The translations under genes were made by a program, and so were the position numbers. From Acholeplasma laidlawii PG-8A (GTDB lineage: Bacteria; Bacillota_I; Bacilli_A; Acholeplasmatales; Acholeplasmataceae), in the NCBI RefSeq assembly GCF_000018785.1, contig NC_010163.1:960001-992000 (forward strand): a DNA stretch of 32,000 bases, read 5' to 3'. Under the pieces are notes generated by a model that searched no databases, had not been told where the DNA came from, and worked only from the letters and a program-made list of their open reading frames with translations. Shown here one piece after another: positions 19,831 through 28,977 of this stretch. Position 1 is the stretch's first letter. Each line of letters starts with the position of its first letter.

Positions 19831-20621
19831 ATTTTTTCACTTTCGCCTTCATTAAAAATGACTTCATTTTTGTGGTAAATACATATACGTTTACCATCTA
19901 CTTCTCTTATACAGAAATTAGAATCATAAATACTATTTAAAGTTTTTTCTACCATCAGGTTTTCTGATGGACCTTCAAAATAGATTTCACCATCTTTAAT
20001 TGCAACTACATGTTCACAAAATGTAGATGCAATATTAATGTCATGCATGACTACTACAATTGTTTTACCTAATTCATCAACAAACTTTTGTAGTAACAAC
20101 ATCATCTCAACACCATGTTTCATATCTAGGTTATTAAGTGGTTCATCTAACATAATATATTTAGTATCTTGTACCAAGACCATGGCGAGTAATACACGTT
20201 GTAGTTGACCACCACTTAAGGTATCAATATGTTGATCTTTTATTTCTTCTAAACTTAAATAAGAAATCATTTGATCAATCATCTTTTTATCTTCTTTAGT
20301 GATTTTACCTTTAGAATGCGGATATCTACCAAAGGAGATCAGTTCATAACTTGTAAGTTTTAAATTAAAGTGATTTGCTTGTTTAAGTACAGCTATTTGT
20401 TTTGATAAATTCATTTTACTGTCTAAGATATCCACACCATCTATTTGAATTTTTCCAGATTTAGATTGGATAACTCTACTAATGACATTAAAAAGTGTAG
20501 TTTTACCAGCACCATTTGGTCCAATAATCCCTGTTATTTTGCCTTCAGGAATGGTAAGACTAATATTTTTTAAGACTTCTTTATTACCATAGCTTTGGTG
20601 AATGTTTTCTAATATAATCAT
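19827..20621 (-). CDS. Iron-chelate ABC transporter ATP-binding protein (FepC/YclP-like)
   Basis: GPNGAGKTTLFNVISRVI, LSGGQLQRVLLAMVL, YIMLDEPLNNLD. Confidence 0.9.
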   Translation of the reverse strand: MIILENIHQSYGNKEVLKNISLTIPEGKITGIIGPNGAGKTTLFNVISRVIQSKSGKIQIDGVDILDSKMNLSKQIAVLKQANHFNLKLTSYELISFGRYPHSKGKITKEDKKMIDQMISYLSLEEIKDQHIDTLSGGQLQRVLLAMVLVQDTKYIMLDEPLNNLDMKHGVEMMLLLQKFVDELGKTIVVVMHDINIASTFCEHVVAIKDGEIYFEGPSENLMVEKTLNSIYDSNFCIREVDGKRICIYHKNEVIFNEGESEKI

Positions 20622-21613
20622 ATTTTATGCTCCTTTATGATGAGATAAATCATGTAGATACCACCAAATAAACTAATGAAGGTGGTGACCACTGTTTTAA
20701 AGCCGATTAATTCTACGATCGATTGACCTAGAATTAATACAACAACTGCAATTAAACTAGATAAGATAAATATATGTTTATGGTGATATTTATCATAAAG
20801 TTCTTTAGCTATATTTACAGCGATGAGTCCTAAAAATGATAACGGACCAACAAGTGCTGTTGTAAGTGCAATGGCGATAGAGATAAATATTAAATCAATA
20901 TGTGTTTGCCTTTTATAATCAATACCTAAATTCATCGCATGACTCATACCTAGTGCCATGACATCATATACATAAGTTTTACTATAAAAGTAAATTGTAG
21001 TAGCTACTGCAACCGGTAGTGCAATGAGTGTCAAAGTTGAATTAATATTGACAACAGATACATTGGTTAAACTTGTAATCACTTGAAACTCTGTAGGATT
21101 CATAAGTATTTGCAAGAATGATGCATAGTTTGAGGCAAGTGTTGAAATGACCATACCAACTAATAGTAATAATAAAATATTGTTTCTGTGTTTTCTTAAA
21201 ATCGTTTTGTACATTAAAAGTGTTATGCCAACCATGAGTAAGACTGTAATCAAAAAATTAAGTATAGGGTTTACTACAAATTTTGACATACTTGCAAAAT
21301 ACACAAGTGTTGTTTGTGTGACTACAAAGATACTATCAAACCCTAATAAACTTGGTGTAATAATTCTATTTTGTGTTAGTGTTTGAAATACAGTAGTGGC
21401 TAAAGAAATAAGTATTGCTGCAATTAAAAGGGCAACAATTTGAACAGATCTTCTTTGAAAGATGGTGAGCATTGTTTTTAAAAATAAGGGTGCTCTATCT
21501 GGATCATTTAAACTAAAAACAATGACATCATATTGAGAAACCATCCAAACACTTAAATATAGCAAGATAGCTACAAGGGTAACCATAACCCAAAATTTAT
21601 ATGTTTTAAGCAT
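20618..21613 (-). CDS. Iron-chelate ABC transporter permease (FecCD/YclO-like)
   Basis: Polytopic; NRIITPSLLGFDSIFV, PLSFLGLIAVNIAKELY, FecCD family pattern. Confidence 0.88.
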   Translation of the reverse strand: MLKTYKFWVMVTLVAILLYLSVWMVSQYDVIVFSLNDPDRAPLFLKTMLTIFQRRSVQIVALLIAAILISLATTVFQTLTQNRIITPSLLGFDSIFVVTQTTLVYFASMSKFVVNPILNFLITVLLMVGITLLMYKTILRKHRNNILLLLLVGMVISTLASNYASFLQILMNPTEFQVITSLTNVSVVNINSTLTLIALPVAVATTIYFYSKTYVYDVMALGMSHAMNLGIDYKRQTHIDLIFISIAIALTTALVGPLSFLGLIAVNIAKELYDKYHHKHIFILSSLIAVVVLILGQSIVELIGFKTVVTTFISLFGGIYMIYLIIKEHKI

Positions 21614-22583
21614 GTTTTGTCTTCCTTAATAGTAGATATAAGAAAATCACGGAACCAACAATACCCATTACAAAACCTACAGCTATTTCAAAGTTATATC
21701 CTGTAAGTATAAATAAAACTATACGGGCTAAAATGTCACAAACTAAGACAAAGATACTTCCAAAAATCATTAAATCAAAGATACTTTTCTTTAAGTGATC
21801 TCTGTAGTATAAAGATACTAAATTAGGGATAATCAAACCTAAGAAAGGTAGTGGACCAACTACAATAAATGTGGATGCTGTAATGACTGCAACAATAATG
21901 ATGCCTAAAGTAATCACTTTATTGTAGTTAACACCTAAGTTATTCGCAAAATCCTTACCTAAAGAGACTATATTAAACTCACTTGCGTAAATAATTGCTA
22001 CAAGAAGTGCTGGAACAACAAAATAAACCATCTCATAAGTGCCAATGGTTTTATTGGTAAAACTACCAACGCCAATACTATTTAAGAATTGAAGTGTGTT
22101 CGTTGACTGTGCTACAACAATAGAAAAGGAACTAATTAAAGCACCAAACATCATGCCTATTAAGGGCACATAAACTTCGTTTTTAAACTGTATTTTGCTT
22201 AAGAATGTAATAAATATTAAACTTGCTATAAGTGATGTTACAAATGAAAAAATAAACTGTACCCATAGTGCTAAACCAGGGAAAAATAGGTATGCTACTA
22301 ATACACCTAGCGTAGCTGCTTGGGTTGTTCCAATAACTCCAGGGGAAACAAATTTATTCTTTGCAACTGATTGCATAATTAAACCTGCAACACTTAATGC
22401 TGATGCACTTAAAATAATTGTTAAAGTTCTAGGTATTCTAGAAATGAGTAAAATTTCAATGGTTTCAGGTGTGAATTTAAACAAAGTCCATAAGTTCACA
22501 TCTTTTCTTGCATCAATACTTAAAGATAATACAATCAATATAATTAAGACAAATACACTTACTGTACGTCTTAGCTTAATCAT
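21606..22583 (-). CDS. Iron-chelate ABC transporter permease (FecCD/YclN-like)
   Basis: AGLIMQSVAKNKFVSPGVIGTTQAA, GPLPFLGLIIPNLVSLYYRDH. Confidence 0.9.
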   Translation of the reverse strand: MIKLRRTVSVFVLIILIVLSLSIDARKDVNLWTLFKFTPETIEILLISRIPRTLTIILSASALSVAGLIMQSVAKNKFVSPGVIGTTQAATLGVLVAYLFFPGLALWVQFIFSFVTSLIASLIFITFLSKIQFKNEVYVPLIGMMFGALISSFSIVVAQSTNTLQFLNSIGVGSFTNKTIGTYEMVYFVVPALLVAIIYASEFNIVSLGKDFANNLGVNYNKVITLGIIIVAVITASTFIVVGPLPFLGLIIPNLVSLYYRDHLKKSIFDLMIFGSIFVLVCDILARIVLFILTGYNFEIAVGFVMGIVGSVIFLYLLLRKTKHA

Positions 22584-22903
22584 ATTTCCGCTACAACCTC
22601 GTAGGTTTCACGAGCTACTTCAAGTATCTCTTCTGGTCTTTCATGACCTGCTTCTTTTTTAGCTTTATGCATCGCTATATGCTCAGGAGAGCCCTCCCAA
22701 ACAAAAAAAGCGCGTTTATCTTTCCAATAAATCTCTTGCCTAAACAAGTCATAATCCTTATGTTTACTATCTAACAATAAAAAAGATTTCACATAACCTT
22801 CGGACTTAGACATTAGGTTTCGTTCGCTAAAGCGCTTAACGACATCTTCCTGGTGACCTTTTTTCACCTTCATGGTACGTACAACTACATACATAATATT
22901 CAA
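22580..22903 (-). CDS. Antibiotic-biosynthesis-monooxygenase/IsdG-like protein, putative heme-degrading monooxygenase
   Basis: MYVVVRTMKVKKGHQEDVVKRFSERNLMSKSEGYVKSFLLLDSK...FFVWEGSPEHIAMHKAKK, ABM-fold pattern; 4-bp overlap with the iron permease gene. Confidence 0.75.
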   Translation of the reverse strand: MNIMYVVVRTMKVKKGHQEDVVKRFSERNLMSKSEGYVKSFLLLDSKHKDYDLFRQEIYWKDKRAFFVWEGSPEHIAMHKAKKEAGHERPEEILEVARETYEVVAEI

Positions 22904-23019
22904 TTTCCTTTCGTTCTACAAGTGTTCTTATTTAAGTATATAATAAATCGGTAATTGAATCAATCGTTTTTATTTATAATGTTTATAAATACCACAATAT
23001 GTAAATATAATCGAAGTAA

Positions 23020-23048
23020 TTGTTTAAATTATAAAACTAGTGTATAAT
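23020..23048 (+). promoter_or_regulatory. Sigma-A-type promoter for the MBL hydrolase
   Basis: TTGTTT - 17 nt - TATAAT, about 16 nt upstream of the ATG at 23065. Confidence 0.7.
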
Positions 23049-23064
23049 CTCTACAGGTGAAATT

Positions 23065-23661
23065 ATGGAAATCATTGGATTAAAGTTGGGAGAAGCTCGA
23101 TCGAATGCGTATGTAGTTTCAGAAAATAAACAGTGTTTTATTATTGACCCAGGTTACGAGGGTTCTGAAATTATCGAATACATCAAGTCAAGAAAGCTTG
23201 ACCCACAATTTATTTACATTACACACGGTCATCATGATCATACCGGCGGTGTAAAACAATTAAAGGAACATTATCATATCCCAGTGTATGCGCCACTAAA
23301 GGATAAAGTTTGGATGACAGATACTGTCTACAACTATTTTGCATACGAAATACCTGTGGACCAATATGTAGTTGAAGGCGATAAAATAGATTTTGGTCGC
23401 CACGTTTTTAAAGTTATCGAAACACCAGGTCACTCAGAAGGTTCTACTGCTTTATATAATGAACCATTTCTATTTTGTGGTGATACGTTATTTTTCGAAT
23501 CTATCGGACGTACAAATATACCCTTTGGTGATGAAGAAGTTTTAATGGATACCATTAGAACTAAACTACTAACCTTGCCTGATAAAACAGTTGTTTATCC
23601 AGGTCATGGTAAACCAACTACTATAGGATATGAAAAGGAAAATAATCCCTTCCTAAAATGA
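23065..23661 (+). CDS. MBL-fold metallo-hydrolase (YqgX/glyoxalase II-like)
   Basis: THGHHDHTGG, ETPGHSEGS, FCGDTLF, VYPGHGKPT. Confidence 0.92.
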   Translation: MEIIGLKLGEARSNAYVVSENKQCFIIDPGYEGSEIIEYIKSRKLDPQFIYITHGHHDHTGGVKQLKEHYHIPVYAPLKDKVWMTDTVYNYFAYEIPVDQYVVEGDKIDFGRHVFKVIETPGHSEGSTALYNEPFLFCGDTLFFESIGRTNIPFGDEEVLMDTIRTKLLTLPDKTVVYPGHGKPTTIGYEKENNPFLK

Positions 23662-23689
23662 AAACAGATGCGTTGATAGCATCTGTTTT
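23661..23689 (+). terminator. Intrinsic terminator, possibly bidirectional, between convergent genes
   Basis: AAAACAGATGC-GTTGATA-GCATCTGTTTT followed by TTT. Confidence 0.85.
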
Positions 23690-23690
23690 T

Positions 23691-25178
23691 TTAACTTGAA
23701 AACTTTCTTTTTAAGTATTCTATATAATATTTTGAATTAAATGGCTCTCCAGTTGCAAGTAACATCAACTCTTTGGGTGACTTACTTTGACCATATTGAT
23801 GAATATGTTCTTTTAACCATGCATTGATTTTTTCAATTTTATTATCAGAAATCGCATTTTCAACATTAAAATCTTTATTCATTGCATAATAAATTTGAGC
23901 CGCATACGCACTACCTAGCGCATAGGTTGGAAAATACCCAAAAGAACCTGCAGCCCAGTGTATATCTTGTAAAACACCATCTTTATCATCTTTAGGACGT
24001 ACACCAACGTATTGTTGGTAGAGTCTCTTCCATCGTTTAGCGACATCTTTTGCTTTGAGTTTACCGCTAATCAGTAATTTTTCAATTTCATAACGCACCA
24101 TGATGTGAAGTGGATAGGTCAGTTCATCAGCTTCCGTTCGTACAAGTGATCTTTCTGCACGGTTAATATATTGATAGAATTCTAGTAGTGTAACATTCTT
24201 AAGTTCTTTATCAAATATTTCTTTTAAGTGATCAAAGTGTGCTTCCCAAAATGCATAGGAACGGCCAATCATATTCTCATACATTCTTGATTGAGATTCA
24301 TGAATACCCATTGAACTACCTGTGGCAAGATTCGTATCTTTTAATTCTGGATTGATGTTTTGTTCATAGATTCCATGTCCCATTTCATGAATTGTTGAGA
24401 ATATTGCTGATTCAATGGAGTTTTCGATGTATCTAGTCGTAATTCTTACATCAAAACTTGAGAAGTTTGATGTAAATGGGTGTGCACTTGTTCGAAGCAC
24501 ACCATGTGTTAAATCAAATTTAAACACATCAGTTAGATACATGTTGAATTGTTTTTGTTTATATAAAGGAAATAGGTTTTTAGTTAATTTTCTAGATAAC
24601 GGCTTTTTACCACTGGTTGCTGTTAAAACAAATGGTACAAGTTCATTTCTTAAATCTTCAAAAAATACATCATATTCCTTTGTTGTCATGCCTTCTTCAT
24701 ATAAATCAAGTAAGACATCGTAACCTTTAAGTTCAGGAGTTTGTAGGTAACGTACTATTTTTCTTTGGTATGCCACTATTTTTTCTAGTATGGGTAAAAA
24801 CATTTCAAAATCATCGTTTTCTCTAGCTTTCGACCAAATTGAAGTAGATTTAGATAATAATACTTGATAATCTATATATTCTTCTTTCGGCATCTTCTTG
24901 ATTAAACGAAGTTCTTTTTGTACTTTTTTTATTTCTCTTTTTAGTAAATCATCGAGTTTATCAATATTTTCATATAGATAATCTATTGCTTTATTATATT
25001 TTTTATCAGTTTCTAAAGCATAGATTTCATTACTTAAGACTTCAATTTGTTCGGCTCTATAATCTACAGCGCCCGTGGGGTGATCTGTTTCTAAATCCCA
25101 CTCTAAAACCCACATCGCATAACCATATGCATTGAGGCGTTTACGCATGTTTTTGTAGGTATCTATATACGTTTGCAT
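23691..25178 (-). CDS. M32-family carboxypeptidase (Taq-like)
   Basis: Family M32 patterns including HEMGHGIYEQN, GIHESQSRMYENMIGRS, DVRITTRY. Confidence 0.93.
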   Translation of the reverse strand: MQTYIDTYKNMRKRLNAYGYAMWVLEWDLETDHPTGAVDYRAEQIEVLSNEIYALETDKKYNKAIDYLYENIDKLDDLLKREIKKVQKELRLIKKMPKEEYIDYQVLLSKSTSIWSKARENDDFEMFLPILEKIVAYQRKIVRYLQTPELKGYDVLLDLYEEGMTTKEYDVFFEDLRNELVPFVLTATSGKKPLSRKLTKNLFPLYKQKQFNMYLTDVFKFDLTHGVLRTSAHPFTSNFSSFDVRITTRYIENSIESAIFSTIHEMGHGIYEQNINPELKDTNLATGSSMGIHESQSRMYENMIGRSYAFWEAHFDHLKEIFDKELKNVTLLEFYQYINRAERSLVRTEADELTYPLHIMVRYEIEKLLISGKLKAKDVAKRWKRLYQQYVGVRPKDDKDGVLQDIHWAAGSFGYFPTYALGSAYAAQIYYAMNKDFNVENAISDNKIEKINAWLKEHIHQYGQSKSPKELMLLATGEPFNSKYYIEYLKRKFSS

Positions 25179-25271
25179 AGTGTACTCCTTTAGGTATTTA
25201 ATTCTTTTTTATTATAGCATTAATATGTTGTTTTATCGTCTTTTTGTACAATTATTCTACTAAAACTCCAT

Positions 25272-25285
25272 AGAAAGCGTTTCCA
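25272..25285 (-). promoter_or_regulatory. Possible catabolite-responsive element (cre-like)
   Basis: Minus strand TGGAAACGCTTTCT, close to TGWAANCGNTNWCA with two mismatches; lies upstream of the carboxypeptidase gene. Confidence 0.3.
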
Positions 25286-25296
25286 AATGGATAAAT

Positions 25297-25327
25297 ATAA
25301 AACACTTATATTGAATAAGTGTTTTAT
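25297..25327 (-). terminator. Intrinsic terminator downstream of zwf
   Basis: Perfect 13-bp stem ATAAAACACTTAT / ATAAGTGTTTTAT with loop ATTGA. Confidence 0.8.
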
Positions 25328-25331
25328 ATTT

Positions 25332-26681
25332 TTATTTTTTATGAATATGACTCATGATATCTTTTTCATCTTCATAGACAATTACACAGTTCGTACACTT
25401 TTTGATTTGATCGATGAAATGCCAACTTGCATCAATTTCATCCCATCTCGTAAATAGTGTCTTATGTCCGGTAACAATATCTAAAATGAGTTTTTCATAG
25501 GCTTCTGGAATATTCCCTTCAACGGATTCTGAGGTGTTAAAGGATAGTGTAACTTCTTCTAAATTTTCTTTTAATCCAGGTTTTTTAGAGTTTATATTAA
25601 GTGCTACACCATCATTTGGTTGAATATGAATTGTTAGTTTATTTGGTAAAATATCTAAATGCCAGTTTTCTTGTTCATCAGTTGGGTAATAAAGTATTTC
25701 AATATAAGATTCTTTTTTAGCCAACTTCTTACCAGTTAATATTTCAAATGGAATACCTCTAAAACGTGGTGTATTCACATACGTTTTAAAGTAGACAAAT
25801 GTTTCTGTATTAGAGTCACTTGGAATATTTTCTTCATCCAAATAGCCCTTATATTGACCAAATACGACACTTTCTTGATCAATTTCAAGACTTCTTAAGA
25901 CTTTTACTTTTTCATCTTTAATGTAATCTGATTGATATTTTTTAGGTGCATCCATTGCAACTAAGGATAATATTTGTAGAAGGTGAGATTGAACCATATC
26001 CTTTAAGGCACCAGATGTATCATAATATCCAGCTCTTGATAGGATACATTCCTCTTCTTTTACATGGATTTTAACGGACTGAATAGATTTAGAATCCCAA
26101 GTATCTTTTAATATTCTATTAGCAAACCTAACAGTCATTAGATTTTGAATCATCTCTTTACCTAAGTAATGATCAATTCTAAATATTTGAGATTCATCAA
26201 AGTAGTTCCATAACATATCATTAACTGCCATTGCTGAATCTAAATCATGTCCAAATGGTTTTTCAAATACTAAGACTTGGTTTGGATTTTTATATTCTAT
26301 CAGCTTCGATTGAGATACGTTTTTAGACACAGTTTTTAATATTTCAGGACCTATTGCCATATAATAAATTTCTTTAGTATCTGGTTTTAACATCGGCTCA
26401 ATAAATTTTTGAAGGTTTACATAGTCTTGAGGTTCGGTGATTTGTATTTCATAATACGTTAAAATCTTATTTAAAGTCACCATATCTAACTTTTTAGTTG
26501 TGTGCTTTTGAATGTATTCTAAATAAGCTTTTGTATCAAAATCACGACGGCCTAGTGCAATGACTTGTAGGTTTTGTGTAATATTATTTGAGTTATATAG
26601 TGCAGTAATTGCAGGTAATAACTTTCTTGCAGTTAAGTCACCTGTAGAACCAAATATAACAATAATTAAGTCTTTTTTCAT
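25332..26681 (-). CDS. zwf: Glucose-6-phosphate 1-dehydrogenase
   Basis: FGSTGDLTARKLLPA, VFEKPFGHDL, FRIDHYLGKEMIQNLMTVRFAN. Confidence 0.93.
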   Translation of the reverse strand: MKKDLIIVIFGSTGDLTARKLLPAITALYNSNNITQNLQVIALGRRDFDTKAYLEYIQKHTTKKLDMVTLNKILTYYEIQITEPQDYVNLQKFIEPMLKPDTKEIYYMAIGPEILKTVSKNVSQSKLIEYKNPNQVLVFEKPFGHDLDSAMAVNDMLWNYFDESQIFRIDHYLGKEMIQNLMTVRFANRILKDTWDSKSIQSVKIHVKEEECILSRAGYYDTSGALKDMVQSHLLQILSLVAMDAPKKYQSDYIKDEKVKVLRSLEIDQESVVFGQYKGYLDEENIPSDSNTETFVYFKTYVNTPRFRGIPFEILTGKKLAKKESYIEILYYPTDEQENWHLDILPNKLTIHIQPNDGVALNINSKKPGLKENLEEVTLSFNTSESVEGNIPEAYEKLILDIVTGHKTLFTRWDEIDASWHFIDQIKKCTNCVIVYEDEKDIMSHIHKK

Positions 26682-27580
26682 TTTTTCTTCTTATATACTG
26701 CATGTCCACCAAATTCATTACGCATTGCAGCTACCACTTTCTCGCTAAATTTGTGCTCATCTCTTGATTTGTATCTTGTAAATAAGGATTGTGCAATGAC
26801 TGGAATAGCTACCTCTAAATTAAGTGCTTCCTCAACCATCCATTTACCTTCACCACTATCATCAATACGACCTTGTATTTCACTTAATTTAGCATCTTTA
26901 CTAAATGCATTGCCAATATAACCTACAAGTGCAGATTCAATGATAGATCCACTGTTCCATACTTTAGTTAGACGCTCATAATCTACATCAAAATTAGAGG
27001 CTTCAATTAACTCAAAACCTTCACCAATAGCTTGCATCATGCCGTATTCTATACCATTATGAACCATCTTAACAAAGTGACCACTACCTGGACCACCCAT
27101 ATAGCCATAACCGTCTTTAGCAGATACATCATGATATACCGGTTTTAAATATTCAAATACTTCTTTAGTTCCACCAACCATTAAACAAGCACCATATCTA
27201 GCACCTTCAGTACCACCTGAGGTACCAACATCAACAAAATCAATGTCTAACTCTTTAAGTTTGTTGTAGCGTTCTATCGATTTATTAAAGTTAGAGTTTC
27301 CACCATCAATAATAATATCTTTTTCATTTAAATAAGGAATCACTTGTTCAATAACTTGATCTACTAACCCATTTGGTATCATAAGCCAAACAATCAATCT
27401 TGCATGATCTTTTCTTACTAAAAAACTAGCTAATTCATCATGTGTTTCAATACCAGCCTTATTTAATTGTGCTCTAGCTTGATCATTTAAATCAAAACCA
27501 ATCACTTCATGTTTCTTATCTTTTAAGTTTAATGCCAAATTTGCACCCATTTTCCCTAAACCAATTAAATGAATTCTCAT
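26678..27580 (-). CDS. gnd: 6-phosphogluconate dehydrogenase, decarboxylating, short YqeC/GntZ-type
   Basis: GLGKMGANLA, IIIDGGNSNF, DVGTSGGTEGARYGACLMVGG, GSGHFVKMVHNGIEYGMMQAI. Confidence 0.9.
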   Translation of the reverse strand: MRIHLIGLGKMGANLALNLKDKKHEVIGFDLNDQARAQLNKAGIETHDELASFLVRKDHARLIVWLMIPNGLVDQVIEQVIPYLNEKDIIIDGGNSNFNKSIERYNKLKELDIDFVDVGTSGGTEGARYGACLMVGGTKEVFEYLKPVYHDVSAKDGYGYMGGPGSGHFVKMVHNGIEYGMMQAIGEGFELIEASNFDVDYERLTKVWNSGSIIESALVGYIGNAFSKDAKLSEIQGRIDDSGEGKWMVEEALNLEVAIPVIAQSLFTRYKSRDEHKFSEKVVAAMRNEFGGHAVYKKKK

Positions 27581-27654
27581 ATTTGACTCCTTTTTATTTT
27601 TATTCTATATGTTATTTTAACACAGGATGTATCTTTATATTTTATATAAACTCT

Positions 27655-28977
27655 TTATGCCAGTAAAATGATTGCTGCAATGATAAAGTAACTTCCTAGT
27701 GCAAAAAAGTCATTGATTGTGGTAATTAGTGGACCGCTTGCCGCTTTTTCATCTAGATTAAACTTGCGCAGTATCATCGGTGTTAGGACACCAAATAGTG
27801 CAGATAAAACCATAGATATAAATATAGATAATGATACAACCAGTGCAACCAAGTTCATATCTGTATAGGTATTAGGTAGGATGTTTAAAAACGCATAGAC
27901 AAATCCACCACCTATAACACCTGAAATCAAACCATTTAAGAAGCCAATCCCAAGTTCAAAAAAGACATCTTTTTTGAATAATTGGGGTTGATTCTGTAGT
28001 TTTAAAATGGATACAGCAATACTTTGAGTACCAATGTTACCTGCCATACCAAGTATAAGTGGTTGAAATAAAATAAGCGCAACATTCGTTTCTAGAACAT
28101 TACTAAATCCAGAAAGAGCACTTACTATCATAATATTTAATAAAGCACATATCACTAGCCAAGGTAAACGGTTCATAGAGCGCTTTAAAGCGGAATCAGT
28201 ATCACTTATTGTATGAGCTTTAACTAAACTCGTAATGGTTTCTGTATGTAATTCATCCATAATCGTTAAGGCATCATCTAATAAGATAATACCAATTTGT
28301 TTATGGTCATGATCAAGTACTGGAATGATTTCTATATCATAGTCTCTAATCTTTTTAATAGCAAGTTCAATTGGGTCATCTGAATATACAAAAGGATATT
28401 GATCATTGATGAGTTTTTCTAGACTTTGATTTGCTCTTGCAATTATCAGTTCTTGAAGTGGAATAGCACCTTTATATAAATCATCTTGGTCATGGAAAAA
28501 GATAACATCAAGTTCATCTTTTTCAGTGACTTCTGTTGTCACATAATGTGTTGCTTCTTTTACAGTTAATGTATTGGATAGATTGACAAAGTGTGGAGAT
28601 GATAAGGCACCTGATGAGTCTACTTCATAGGTAAATAACTGCATAATTTCATTCTTAGTTTTTTCTTGCAATAAAGAGATGATAAATATTTGTTTTTGAA
28701 CCTCATGTAAATCAATAAATGCTTTAATATCTTCAGTATCTAAAAACTTTAACATGGATTGTTTTTGCTCTTTTGTAAGTTCATCAAAAAACTCTATTTG
28801 AATGTCTTCGTCCAGTAATACAAATACATGTTTAAACATTTTAACACCGAGTGCTTGAAAGATTTTCATACGGTAGTCTTCATGGTCTTTAAATACTGTA
28901 GCAATATCAGAAGCATGATACTTTTGAAGCTGTACTTTTAACTTTTGTACAGATGCATTTAAGTCAATATTACGCAT
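27655..28977 (-). CDS. mgtE: MgtE-family magnesium transporter, divergent paralog
   Basis: MgtE_N/CBS-like region, LILFQPLILGMAGNIGTQS and C-terminal ASGPLITTINDFFALGSYF. Confidence 0.85.
   Translation of the reverse strand: MRNIDLNASVQKLKVQLQKYHASDIATVFKDHEDYRMKIFQALGVKMFKHVFVLLDEDIQIEFFDELTKEQKQSMLKFLDTEDIKAFIDLHEVQKQIFIISLLQEKTKNEIMQLFTYEVDSSGALSSPHFVNLSNTLTVKEATHYVTTEVTEKDELDVIFFHDQDDLYKGAIPLQELIIARANQSLEKLINDQYPFVYSDDPIELAIKKIRDYDIEIIPVLDHDHKQIGIILLDDALTIMDELHTETITSLVKAHTISDTDSALKRSMNRLPWLVICALLNIMIVSALSGFSNVLETNVALILFQPLILGMAGNIGTQSIAVSILKLQNQPQLFKKDVFFELGIGFLNGLISGVIGGGFVYAFLNILPNTYTDMNLVALVVSLSIFISMVLSALFGVLTPMILRKFNLDEKAASGPLITTINDFFALGSYFIIAAIILLA

Noticed and set aside
19019-24723. 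Plus-strand ORFs 19019-19207, 21147-21386, 22195-22662, 24415-24723
   Set aside because: All overlap well-supported minus-strand genes in antisense, with no recognisable domain or clear RBS.
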